From Haliotis rubra (Eukaryota): a stretch of 64,000 nucleotides of DNA. A model generated the notes under the pieces. The model had not been told where the DNA came from, did not search any database, and saw only the letters and a program-made list of their open reading frames with translations. A program made the translations under genes and the position numbers. Shown here in pieces: positions 37,801 through 50,271 of this stretch (positions are counted from its first letter, which is position 1; every line of letters begins with the position of its first letter). The stretch is taken from the NCBI RefSeq assembly GCF_003918875.1, contig NW_025767023.1, forward strand, positions 248,001-312,000. Direction: 5' to 3'.

Positions 37801-40800
37801 ATGTAACGAACTGATGGATGTAACGAACTGATGGATATAACGAACTGATGGAATAACGAACTATGGATTATAACGAAGTGATGATGTAACGAACTGATGT
37901 ATATGACGAACTGATGTATATAACGAACTGATGGATATAACGAACTGATGGATGTCACGAACTGATGTATATAACGAACTGATGGATGTAACGAACTGAT
38001 GGATATAACGAACTGACTGATGGATATAACGAACCAATTACTTTATTTATTTGGTGTAGATTTTTGTTGAAATACGAACTATCTTTATAGCGAACTAGAA
38101 GTAGTAATCCCTTCGTTCGTTAAAACCGTAATTTACGGTATCTAATATCAACTAGGAAGGAAAAGTGTGTTATTGTTATGGCTTAAATAATGAGGATACA
38201 TATTGATATAATATCCGGGTTTCAAAACGGCCATGTTCTTTTAAATATATAACAGTGAAGATCCTGGTTAGAATTGGTCTTCAGCAACCCATGCTTGTCG
38301 TAAAGAACGACTAACGGGACCATGTGGTCGGGTCAGGCTCGCTGACTTGCTTGACCCATGTAATCGTATCCCAGTAGTGTAGATCCATGCTCATGATGAT
38401 GATCACTGGATTGTCTGGTCAAAACATGATGATTTACAGACCGCCGCCATATAGCTGGAATATTGCTGAGTGTAGCGTTAAACAACAAACCAACTTTCAA
38501 ATCCATTTGGCTTCATCTCTGTGTCTGTGACCATCTACTGTTACGATATCTCTTTTACATCCCGCAATACATGGAAATAATAAGTTTAAGGAGAGTACCA
38601 CTACCGCTTGAGATTGTCATGCTGATTAAGGCATCTAAAATTCACATCCCCACAACATTATTTTATTACGTATTTTATGTTCACCAAATAACTTATTTGG
38701 GCTTAATTTGGTACATATCATTCTTCATCCTTTGGGATGGCCCCGTAAGGATCCGGGTTAAAATTGGACTTCAGCAACCCATGCTTGTCGAAAGAGGCGA
38801 CAGACGGGATCGGGTGGTTGACACATGTCATCGGTTCCCAATTGCGCAGATCGATGTTCATGCTGTTGACCGCTGGATTGTCTGGTCCAGACTCGATTAT
38901 TTACAGACCGTCGCGATATTGCTAGAATATTGCTGAGTGCGGCGTAAAACTAAACTCACTCACTCTCATTCACCACACGGCGAGCCATGTGAATGCGCAT
39001 GATTTTAATGGTTTGAATATATTTTAACATTTGTATGCTTGCTACGTTCTTAACACCTCAATAATCCATGGACCTCATTACGACCAATGACAGTTTTTCC
39101 ATTAGCCTTCTTTCACGTCTCCCTTTCAATGTATTAATTGAAAGAGGAGATTTACACCTGTGAGCCTGGAGTTTAATGTTATAGCGTGTATACGAGTCAA
39201 ATGTTTTCATTAAAAATGAAACCTTTCACAGATACTGACAAAAGAAATTGGATATTTTGTATTGCTGTCTTTCAGTTTATCCATTCCATGGGTGTCTTAC
39301 ATCGTAACATGAAGACCCCCAACATCATGGTTGATCACGTGGGCGGTCACGTGACGCTCAAGATTGGTGACTTTGGGATGTCCAAGTACGCTGATGCTTC
39401 AGTCATGTTTCTTACAGGTTTTTCTTATTAGGTGCAGTTTTTTAATCGAGGCTCCAAATTAAGATTCATATTCATATAAGTTTCAAATTAAGATATTTCT
39501 TAATGAACAAAATACAACACTATAAGGACACTCGTATTCTAAACATTCAACATGTGGTAAATTAAATACTTATTGATCGATTGATTTTGATGTGTTTCTT
39601 ATCATTCAGTAATGTACACGTGTAAGTAAAGAAAGAAAACGGAACCACTCAATTGTGGATTATCCCCCTTTAGTGATGACATCATTCACAGATCGGTATT
39701 CCTCGCTGTGATATGTTATCAGTCATCGCACGGCCATGTCACTAACAAACTGAGCATAGGGTTCGACGAAGTTCTGTGACGAATAACCATTCACTCAATG
39801 TTTTTTTTAAATTATGTATAGTTTTGCAAGATGCGCTTAAATAGATGCTCTGCTCAGATCTTACGTATTTAGCCATATGTAGTCGTAAGTCCCGTTAGAA
39901 TAAATCGGTGACTACCTTTAAGACATGTACAACATCGCTATTCTTGTCCACGCTGTCGTATTGTCAGGATGTTGCTGCAGCCGGACGCCATGGCGAAATC
40001 TCAGGTCGGAACTCCGTACTTCATGAGCCCCGAGATCCTGAACGGGCGACAGTACAACGCGAAGGTATGGTACATTCTCCAACTTTGGACACGATAAGAT
40101 AGAATTGATCTTCAGCAACCCATACTTGGAGGGCTAACGGGTTCGGATGGTCAGGCTCTCTGACTTGGTTGATGAATGTCATCGTATGTCAACTGCGTAG
40201 ATCTATGCTCATGCTGTTGATCACTGGATTGTCATGTCCAGACTAGATTATTTGCATAAGACCAGATATATGCCAATTGGATATATCATTTGGCACGTTT
40301 ATTGTTTAACGCCGCACTCAGCAATATTCCAGCTATATGGTGGCGGTCTGTAAATAATGGACAAGACAATACAGTGATGAACATCATAAGCATCGTTCTA
40401 CGCAATAAGGATACGATGACATGTCTCAACCAAGTCAGCCTCTCTGACACCCGATCCCGTTAGTATCCTCTTACCGTATATATCAAACTGCTTACAAGGG
40501 GAACGATTTGTTTGTGGGGATTTAGTGGTAACATTGCTACTGACACAACTTTCCAAACTCTGCTTTTGAGGCGAATGGGGAGCGAGTATAGTCTTAAGGC
40601 GCTATTAACAGTTTTATACAATATCACGGCGCTTTTTTGTACATGTTGTTACCAGCGAAAGCTTGAACCACTCGCCCACATTGTACCATTGTTTCTCTAT
40701 TTGTAGACAGACATTTGGAGTTTCGGGTGCACCGCCTACGAAATGGCGACTCTGACGACGATATTCGATGCCAAGACTATTACAACGCTACTCTCTGGGA

Positions 40801-43800
40801 TCAATAAACACAAGGTAATCCTACACCTTGGTATCATACCATATTGTAGATTGAACTTGTGTAGATCTATGTACATAAGCCTATTGTATTGACACAGACC
40901 TCGGTGTGGCATAGCTACCCGGTGAGTCATATTATTCAAGGAAACGTGAGTACCCTCTATGAAATGTGAGTGAATGAGTTTAGTTTTACGCCGCACTCAG
41001 CAATATTCCAGCTATATGGCGGCGATGCGATCTGTAAATCTTCGAGTCTGGACCAAACAACCCAGTGATCAACAGTATGAGCATCGATCTGCGCAATTGG
41101 GAACCGACGACATGTGTCAACCAAGTCAGCTAGCCTGACCTCCCGATCCCTCTATGAAATGTGAGCCAAGGACGCAGAGTGTGCGTGTGCGTGTGCGTGT
41201 GCGTGCGTATGAGTGAGTGAGTTTAGTATCACGCTGCATTTAGTAATATTCCAGTAATATCACGACGGGGGGGCACCAGAATTGGGCTTCACGCAGTGTA
41301 CACATGTGGAGAATCGAACCGGGGTCTTCGGCGTAACAAGCGAACGCTTTAACCACTAAGCTACCTCACTGCCCCTAGGACCCAGAGAGGGAACTGGATG
41401 ATTAACAATATGGATACACTAAAATCTGCCCAAATGCGGCTCAGAAGGGTTTCTGGGGAATATCTGGGTTATAAAAAGTAGGTAGTCAGAGAACATTGAC
41501 TGTGGTTAAGAAACCCATAACACACACATTTTGCTTACATCAATTTATATACGTGTAATTATTCATGTGGCAATTCTAATATAGATATAACTTTGGGTAA
41601 ATCGTGTGTTTTTCAATTGATATTTCTCTAAGAACTTAGTGTTTTCCGTACCTTTGGTTTACAGAGTGGATGTTATAAGAATACACTTTCCAGATGGAAA
41701 TACCCCTGAAACAGGAACCTGTTGTAATGATGATGTTTAATATGAACACACAACAGGCTTATGTTTTACATTGACAGGCTACTCAGGTTACCAAGCAACT
41801 ACAGTACAGCATTTTTTTTCCAAACGCTGATAGGCGACATGCTGCAGCAGGACCCTTCAGCTCGTCCTGATGCTGGGGAAATACTATCGCGTCTTCTTCG
41901 CGAAGGCTACAAAACGACGCACCAGGATATGACTGCAAGCGCCACATTGACGTCAACCATGTCCTCTACAAGGTCAAGTACACGTACATACCAAGGTCAA
42001 GGACAAACGGATTCAAAGGCCGTGCTGTGGTCAGGGATGGACTCCGACACTTCCGGTATTGTGTCGGACGCCAGTTCTATGGTGATTCACGACGTCTCGA
42101 ACCCTCCCTGGCGCGACATCGACAAGGGCGGTAAGGCTCGGTCAGCTAGAGTGGCGGTTATTCCACCCAGTCCTGGTGGAAGGTCAAGGACCAAAAGCGA
42201 AGGGGGCGTGCCTGATATGGATCTCGGTTTGCTTAAGTTTAGCCAACTTCAGAGAGAGAAGAAACTTTCCCAGTCAAAACTTCATAAATCCGTGACTTTT
42301 GACCAGGGGGTGCTTACATCCAAAATACCTGAGCATGAGGTAACAAAAGGAAAAGGAGAGGAGGAAGGTAATGTATTCAAATGACCTGAGTTGTGGATAT
42401 CACACATTTACACTCAGAATCATAGTAATACACAAAGGTCGATTGTATGTATGAACCATTATTCTGAATTCAATAGCGCCAAATCAGGAGAACTTTTTAA
42501 TGACTATAAAAGCCATCTTCTGTTCTCATCAAAATGGGATACATATATACTGAACAGCAAAAGAAACGCAAATTTTGCTTTTTGCCAAGTTTTTTGTAAC
42601 TCGGTCAAAACAAACCTAAATAGCATTTATCCTAAGACTGGCGGATGTTCCCGACAGGGCGCCGCCATTTTTGAAAATCGTGAAGACACGGGCTAAAGTC
42701 TGTTAGAATTAATGAGATTATGGGTTTGTTTTCATCGAGTTAGAAAATCAAAAATACTTTCTACTCGTAGTTAAATATGTATCTGAATCACGACCAAAAG
42801 GATTTTGCATGACACAACTTGTAACATAACGATTTCTTCCACGGAAGCGAGGTGGGGGTTGAAGTGACAATACTGCGCGATAAATTTCTTGCTACATTCA
42901 CGTAGATACTAGATACTAGTCAATGTACGTCTTTAAACTTGGTCTCATTATCCTAATTAGTTTATTAGGAGGCGATCTGCAGATACTTATAGTGAATTTA
43001 TAACAGGACTGTAATATCTAGACATTTTATAATCTCATTGGTCGCCCAAGATAGCACACCTGGCAACTAATTGCATAATGTCCGCTATTCTTTGAAAAAA
43101 GGAATTTAGTTAGCCAATAATGAGCAATCAATCAAAGTATTGGCGGTTAATCCTTTGAAAGAAGCACGTTGTTTTTACACAGACAGACACGACAGAGTGT
43201 ATTCAGTATATATGAGTAAATCTACATACATAAACACTACCTTTTGACAAATCCGTTGTGCAAGATAAAAGCAATTAATCAATCAGCGTGTTATCGGTTA
43301 ATCCTTTGATCGATGTTTAAAATGTTAAGTATTTACTCCAGACACAAGAAATGCCAAATGGGAACCCTTTGTCGGGTAATCTAAGTGGTGTTACCACTAA
43401 TTATACCTGTTATTAATTCATTAACTGACCATCAAGTGAATGATGACAAATAACATGTAGGTTTATACCACCTAACATGGGTTACAACAAGAGAGTATTA
43501 ATTGCTGTATTGCATGCAATTTTAATTGCATGTGAAAACTTATGGGCCGACACTGTTTTGAGAATACGAACAGAACTTCATTGTTGCATAAGAAATACAT
43601 AGAAGCATTTGCTGTGTACTAAAACTGTATGAACCTATTTACCTAAGTAAATTTTCAGATTCTTCTAGCAATGGCAAAGTAGGGTTGTTTAGTTTACGTA
43701 TTCAAATAAATCAAATGTCAGTTTTTAATATCATACGTAATAGACGTCATATTTTTACATGACATGATTAAATATCGAGGTAAAAAATACAGAAATGGGA

Positions 43801-46800
43801 TCAATTTGGATCAGTCATTATACCATCCAGGCATTAGAAAACCTGAAAAAGTCCACACTGCTTTGATACTTTATTACAATCAGACAAGAACTACCGGGGA
43901 TAGTTTCAAATAACTGCATCTGATGGGCGTCCACCCTTCTTAATGTCGCACTGTTTAGGTTGAAGAAATTAACCGTAACCGTGATGAGCGAGTCTGATCA
44001 TCGTTTTCACTATCACTAGCGTCTGGCTCGAACAAATAAGGCCTAGCGACACCAAGCGATTTAGAGAGGATCGTCTATGAAAACAAGTTGTAACTCGGAA
44101 ACTAGGCAAAGCAGGAGACAAAATTAAATGACATTAGATTGTGAGAACATATAGCTTTCATTTTTCACAACAGTTGTCACGATTTCAGGTTTATACAAAC
44201 CTGTAAACAAGATAATTTACACCCTGAAATGTACATGAATTCTGCATCGGCCCTCATATCTATTCCTCGCATGACGTCACAGAGACGCGCCGCTCTGATT
44301 GGTTGAAATTTTGTTCGCGGGTGAGAATTGTGCACTGTTGTCAAAAGGTCGATTTAAGTTAATTAAAGATCGAAATGAGTAGTTTTAATGACAGGGTTTC
44401 GTTTATAACGATGCCAATTAGTGATTTATGTATTTGTACCCCCTAGAGTATATGTGATCTATAAATAGAAGACATAAACATGAACGCTTGCTTTTATGAG
44501 ATTTCATTTTTCGAAAATTGCGTTTTTTTTGCTGTCAGTATATTCTACACTTGAAAATAAATGTGCAAAGAGAAAATATAGACATACATTAAATAATAGT
44601 TTCTCAAACAACCTGTGACTTTCAGCTGAAGAACTGATGACCTCAGAAGACAAGGGGAAAATGCTTCGTCAAATTGAAGAGGTGCAAAGGTTGGTCTCTG
44701 AACAGCGACACTAGAATATATTCTGACGGCGTATGCCTGGATGCTGACCCCTATGTGGGATAAAAAACTATGGCGTTGTGTCTGAAATAGAAACGATTCT
44801 TAGAGACAATTGTAACAGTTGAGGTATCATGAATTATTCTTCTGGGTGTATTAGTGCCGGAGGTTTGCTGACCGTGGTCTCCAACTTAAATTTTATCAAA
44901 GCCACTTTCAGCACATCTTGTTTTCTTTAGTCTGTCCTGAGCAAATTATTTTGAGTATATTTCTGGAACAAACACTTTTATAAAAAATACAAGCCCCGAG
45001 TGCAACATGTTTTATATTTGGGATTACACTTGTTCAGTAAAGAGAGTGAATGAGTTTAGCTTTACGCCGCACTCAGCCACATTCCAGCTGTATGGCTGCA
45101 GTCTGTAAATAATCGAATCTGGACTAGACAATCCACTGATCAACATCATGGACATCGATCTACACAATTGGGATACGATAACTTATGTCAACAAAGTCAG
45201 CGAGCTTGAACACCCGATCCCGTTAGTCGCCTCTTACCACAAGCATGGGTTGCTGAAGATCAGTTCTAACTCGGATCTTCAGGGGTAGTTCTGTAAAGTA
45301 CTCGATGGGACTGAATCTAATAAAAGTACTAGAATTGTTAAAATAGTGAGACAGTGTAATCCCAAATACAGCATGTTACATTTCACCATTTTCTAAATGG
45401 CATTGTGTATTCCAAGCCCCGTATAGATATTTAATGACGGTGATATGCCACTTTGTTGATTAGTTGGCTAGTTGGGTGCATGGTGCCGTAGTCAATAATT
45501 AACTAAGCGCAATACTATAAGACCCGTGAAGGTCCGGGTTAGAATGACCTTCAGTAACCCATGCTTGTCGTAAGAGGCGACTAACGGGATCGGGTGGTCA
45601 GGCTTGCTGACTTGGTTGACACATGTCATCGGTTCCCAATTGCGTAGATCGATGCTCATGTTGTTGATCCATGCATTGTCTGGTCCAGACTCGATTATTT
45701 ATAGACCACCGCCATATGGCTGGAATATTGCTGAGTGCGTCGTAAAACTAAACTCACTCACTCACGATACTATAACGTAATGACGGCGGTTTGTAAATGA
45801 TAAAGCTTTGGTCAGACAATCCAGTGATTGAAATCATGAAGATCAATCTACGCAACCAGGTTACGATGTTTAGCAGAAGGGTCGTGGTTCGATTCCGGAC
45901 ATGGGACTCCAGTTGGTCTAACCAAGTTCATTAAGAATGGTACCCAAATAAGGTACACTACAGTGGTACCGGGGCGTACCTTCCGTAAACGAGGAAGTAT
46001 GAAACGTCATCCCACTGACGTCATACCGCAGTACCGACTCACTGAAAGATTTGACCTCTTTGGCCATGTGGGCTAAGCCATCAAACTGGAATCAGGAGGT
46101 CGATGTTCGAGTCTTGAATTATTGACCCTTCATGTCTTCACTGTGGACAAATCCGTGAAGATCCGGGTTAAAATTGATCTTCAGCAACCCATGCTTGTCG
46201 TATGAGGCGACTTACGGGATCGGGTGGTCAGGCTCGCCGACTTGGTTGACACATCATGTCCCAATTGAGAAGATCGATTCTCATGATGTTGATCAGTGGA
46301 TTATCTGGTCCAGATTCTTTACAGGCCACTGCCATATATACTGAAGAGCAAAAGATTCGCAACTCTGTTTTTTGTCACGTTTTTCAATAGAAGACATAAA
46401 CATGAACTCTTATTTTTATGAGATTTTGATTTTTCGAAACTTGCGTTTCTTTTGCTGTTCAGTATAGCTGGAATATTGCTGAGTGCCGCGTTAAACAACA
46501 CAAACAAGCTAAGCTTTATTGTGGAAGAGTTCTGGACCTGTTTCAGGTCCCTGGCTCAGACTCTGGGGGATGGAGTATTTACTGCTGCCTTCTCTACACT
46601 GAACATACGGACGGACACCAAGATGGAGGTGAGTGTCCAGGCCAATCCATATAACCCTATCACAGATGTAGGTTACAACGGTTATGTGTAAAACAGTTAA
46701 AAAATAATGTTTCTTTAGGGACAATAATTAGATTTTTCAAAATGCATTTCTGGCTGACTTTCTCATTTTGTGAACATTTTATATGAACCGTAACCGTGAT

Positions 46801-48771
46801 GAGCGAGGGCTGATGTCATCGTTTTCACTATCTCTAGCGTCTGGCTCGAACAAATAAGGCCTAGCGACACCAAGCGATTTAGACAGAATCGCCTATGAAA
46901 ACAAGTTGTAACTCGGAAACTAGGCAAAGCAGGAGACAAAATTAAATGACATTAGATTGTGAGAACATATAGCTTTCATTTTTTCACAACAGTTGTCACG
47001 ATTTCAGGTTTATACAAACTTGTAAACAAGAAAATTTACACCCTGAAATGTACATGAATTCTGCATCGGCCCTCATATCTATTCCTCGCATGACGTCACA
47101 GAGACGCGCCGCTCTGATTGGTTGAAATTTTGTTCGCGGGTGAGAATTGTGCACTGTTGTCAAAAGGTCGATTTAAGTTAATTAAAGATCGAAATGAGTA
47201 GTTTTAATGACAGGGTTTCGTTTATAACGATGCCAATTAGTGATTTATGTATTTGTACCCCCTAGAGTATATGTGATCTATAAATAGAAGACATAAACAT
47301 GAACGCTTGCTTTTATGAGATTTCATTTTTTCGAAAATTGCGTTTTTTTTGCTGTCAGTATATTCTACACTTGAAAATAAATGTGCAAAGAGAAAATATA
47401 GACGTACATTAAATAATATATAGTTTCTCAAACAACCTGTGACTTTCAGCTGAAGAATTGATGTCCTCAGAAGACAAGGGGAAAATGCTTCGTCAAAATA
47501 TTTTATATGTTACTCTCAATACCTAACTCCAATCAATTCGATAAAAAATAATGTACAAATTGTATGATTTTCTCAGTCAGTACTGCCTAATATCGCCATG
47601 GACCTATCTGAGTAGTTGGCCGATTCTTAAAGCAGGTAAAACTTGATTGCAAACTGAAACGAAATATTTTCATTTGTCACTGTGTGACAGTTTAAAAACC
47701 TGCACGGTAATAAACAAACACAAGTAAACAACGTGATGAATATGTAACACAAGGGGCGGTGGGGTAGCCTAGTGGTTAACGCGTTTGCCCGTCACGCCGT
47801 AAACCCGGGTTCGATTCCCCCACATGGGTACAATGTGTGAAGCCTATTTCTGGTGTTCCCCGTCGTGATATTGCTGGAATATTGCTATTGCGTAAAGCTA
47901 GACTCCTATATGTTACACAAGACATCAGAAACTTACTCTGTTAGTTCTTAATCTGTGGTTGCATTTAACTTTACAAGTAGAAAAAGACAGTCTTTTAAAC
48001 AAATAAATGAAAACTGACATTCTTTTTGTATCGGGCTGACTGAAATGTTCGTACACAGCATTACCCTGCCATGCGAAAGACTGAAGAAAACCAAGTGATC
48101 GGTCGACCAGAAAAGACATGATAGGGCGTGTACTGATATTATTGAGACTAAAATAGATATGTGCAGTCTAATTTATGTCTTCTACCTACAGAAATGCAAC
48201 TGCTTATCAGTACATAATACAGCTTATGATAACAGTCAAGTACCGTTGTGTCGAAGTTGAAGAGACCTACTTGAGTAATTGAGTTATCCGTGTTTCGACA
48301 CAAACACGAAATGATAAAAAGAACAATACGCTTTCACCAAACTGCTTCGAGAAAGCCGTAAATTCGACCCAAAGTTGTTTGATTGTTCTTCGAGTTATCC
48401 TAGTTTCGACACTAAATGGTGGTTCAAAACGAATATACTGGGACCAAGCTTTTACTTCGAGAAAACCGTACGTTCGACACAACACTGTTTGACGGAATAT
48501 GCATTTCGTACCAGTGAGGGACAGTTTCAAAAACTCCCCGGAACATTTCTCTTTTTGTTGCGAAATCCAATTTTCTAATATGGTTAATATGAACGAATTT
48601 ATCCTAAGTGCTGTGCTATCTTTTCAGAAGGAACTGGCGAGTGTTCTTGGTGATAAGTATGACGAATTTGGGCCAAGATTCGTGGTGCTTCGAGCTCTTG
48701 AGAGAGAGTTCACTGAACAAAGGGACGATAGACACGATATGAAGCGGAAACCGTTGAACAAAACTATATAA
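31820..48771 (+). CDS. NEK4-like pseudokinase, copy 2, about 531 aa after correcting three 1-nt indels (could be a pseudogene or assembly errors)
   Basis: Exons 31820-31941, 32811-33090, 39276-39385, 39968-40064, 40707-40814, 41778-42367, 44626-44689, 46547-46628, 48628-48771. Motifs GEGKLG, ALK, HRNMKTPN, DFG, GTPYFMSPE, TDIWSFG, ARPDA. Exon sizes 110/97/82 are identical to copy 1. Last exon KELASVLGDKYDEF resembles the NEK4 C-terminus. Confidence 0.8.
32515..32761 (+). mobile_element. SINE family C, 5'-truncated
   Basis: Reverse complement of 49183-49420. Confidence 0.85.
34570..35515 (-). pseudogene. Tc1-family DD34E transposase, frameshifted and 3'-truncated, in intron 2 of kinase copy 2
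   Basis: HTH + GRPR, VLFSDESRF, FQHDNARPH and WPACSPDMNPIEHLW are spread over three frames; 34 residues between the second D and E. Confidence 0.92.
37520..38034. repeat. Minisatellite, 17-bp unit AACGAACTGATGGAT(A/G)T
   Basis: About 30 tandem copies. Confidence 0.95.
38254..38492 (+). mobile_element. SINE family B
   Basis: Diverged full-length match. Confidence 0.85.
38740..38965 (+). mobile_element. SINE family B
   Basis: Near full-length match. Confidence 0.85.
40097..40475. mobile_element. Two degenerate family B copies in opposite orientation
   Basis: 40097-40250 (+) and 40300-40475 (-). Confidence 0.7.
40970..41147 (-). mobile_element. SINE family B, 5'-truncated
   Basis: TSD CCCTCTATGAAATGTGAG. 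Confidence 0.88.
41210..41375 (-). mobile_element. SINE family A
   Basis: Reverse-complement match. Confidence 0.85.
42548..44540. mobile_element. Non-autonomous Tc1/mariner-type element, ~2.0 kb
   Basis: TIRs TACTGAACAGCAAAAGAAACGCA / TGCGTTTTTTTTGCTGTCAGTA flanked by TA on both sides; no transposase ORF. Confidence 0.75.
45045..45287 (-). mobile_element. SINE family B
   Basis: Reverse-complement full-length match. Confidence 0.85.
45521..45765 (+). mobile_element. SINE family B (no tRNA head; structured 5' module), full length
   Basis: TSD ATACTATAA; starts GACCCGTGAAG; (CTCA)n tail. From memory resembles mollusc V-domain/RUDI-like SINEs (unverified). Confidence 0.9.
46152..46505 (+). 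mobile_element. SINE family B containing the 126-bp MITE
   Basis: Full-length match split at a TA. Confidence 0.85.
46339..46464. mobile_element. 126-bp MITE of the same TIR family, inserted at a TA inside a family-B SINE
   Basis: Same TIRs; splits the SINE motif GCCATATAGCTGG with a TA duplication. Confidence 0.85.
46786..47497 (+). repeat. Local duplication of 43971-44673 (element right half + 5' part of exon 7)
   Basis: Near-identical 0.7-kb direct copy. Confidence 0.92.
47753..47900 (+). mobile_element. SINE family A
   Basis: A/B boxes and core. Confidence 0.85.
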
Positions 48772-49182
48772 GGCCACACCAAATTGATTATTTGTTCTGT
48801 GGACTTGTTCCCTGAACTGACTGCTGGACAGCATATTGTTGATTTTGTCTGAGCATCAGACTATTTACTCTTAATTCGAGATAACAGTTTCTCGATTTAA
48901 GCAGTTTCGAAAGAACAATATCTCGATGCAACTAGATTAGAAAACTGTATGTTGGTTTTAATACTTTCGATATAACATTATATTGATGTAGACGTTTAGA
49001 GAAAGCTGAATCTACATGTAGACAGTTTCGAGAAAAGGGTTCCTCGATGTAAACACTTTCGGTAAACGGTGACTGATGACACAGTCTCTGTGCAGAGTTG
49101 TGCCCCTTGGGCGTTCGTGAAACCGGAGATCGAGTGTTTCAGGACAGGGTTCAGCATGTTTAATTCCTTCTTTGGCTTGACG

Positions 49183-49531
49183 GGTGAGGTGAGGTGAAAT
49201 TGGGTTTTACGTCATGCTTGAGAATATTTCGCTCATATGACGACGTGCATGCGTGTGTATGTGTATGTGCGGCTGCTTGTACTAGCCCAAACTGAAGCTG
49301 GTTTTATAGTGCTAGCCCACTGAGATACCATGCCGCAGTGAAGCATGAATACCCCACATTATACTGACTCCGAGTCGACCAGTCCTTGTTGTACACATTA
49401 ATGCCGAGCGCCAGGCAAGGACCAACAAGTACCATATTTTAACGTCTTTTTGGTATGACGCGGTCGGGGATCGAACCCGCGACCTTCCCGTCTCCGGGCG
49501 GACGCTCTAACCACTACACAACGGAGGCGGT
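49183..49531 (-). mobile_element. SINE family C (tRNA head, longer body, (CACCT)n tail), full length
   Basis: A box GTGTAGTGG and B box GGTTCGATCCC on the minus strand; short TSD CTTGAC. Confidence 0.85.
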
Positions 49532-49684
49532 CTTGACAGCAACATACCTCAGCTCGAAAGTGACGTCAAAGTGGAAGACGTATAAGACCCGCTTTACTTC
49601 GGGCTTTACTCCCACGCCGTGACGTTAACGTTGTTGATATAGTGTTCTAAGTGGCCTTAAACCAATGTCACTTAATGTAACTAT

Positions 49685-49804
49685 TATGAACAGCAAAAGA
49701 AACGAAACTCTGTTTTGTCAGTTTTTAAACAGAAGACTTAAACACGAACGCTTACTATTATGAGATTTCATTTTCGCAACTTGCGTTTCTTTTGCTGTTC
49801 AGTA
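49685..49804. mobile_element. MITE, same family
   Basis: TGAACAGCAAAAGAAACG...CGTTTCTTTTGCTGTTCAGTATA; interior similar to 46339-46464. Confidence 0.75.
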
Positions 49805-49980
49805 TAGAATCACATATGTTTGAGAACTCTTATGCAATAGCAATGAAATTAGATTTCGATATACCATTTTGTAAGAGATTATCAGCATAGAACAGTGCAC
49901 CCTTTTAATCCAAACGACGATAGCCTGGTCAGTCAAAATACGTGGAAACCCCATTTTCAAAACCAAAAGCGAATTTGTTT

Positions 49981-50218
49981 AGTGAAGATCAGGGTAAAAT
50001 TGGTCGTCTGCATGCTTGTTGTAAGAGGCGACTAACGGGATCGCGTGGTCAGGCTCGCTGACTTGATAGACCCATGTGATTGTGTCTCAATTGCGTAGAT
50101 CGATGCTCATTATGTTGATCACTGGATTGTCTGTTCCAGACTCGACTATTTGCAGAAGGCCGTCATATAGCTGGAATATTGCTGAGTGCGGCGTAAAACA
50201 ACAATTCAACCAACCAAC
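49981..50218 (+). mobile_element. SINE family B
   Basis: Match to the family; (CAAC)n-type tail. Confidence 0.8.
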
Positions 50219-50271
50219 GGGCTCACAGGCTTGGGTGATAAATGTATTTGTGTTCAGACTTTATTATATAC

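Noticed and set aside
45521-45592. Assigning the SINE B module to HDV, hammerhead or twister classes
   Set aside because: CTAA resembles an HDV J4/2, but the P1/P3/P1.1 order could not be built. There is no CUGANGA/GAAA core and no twister consensus.
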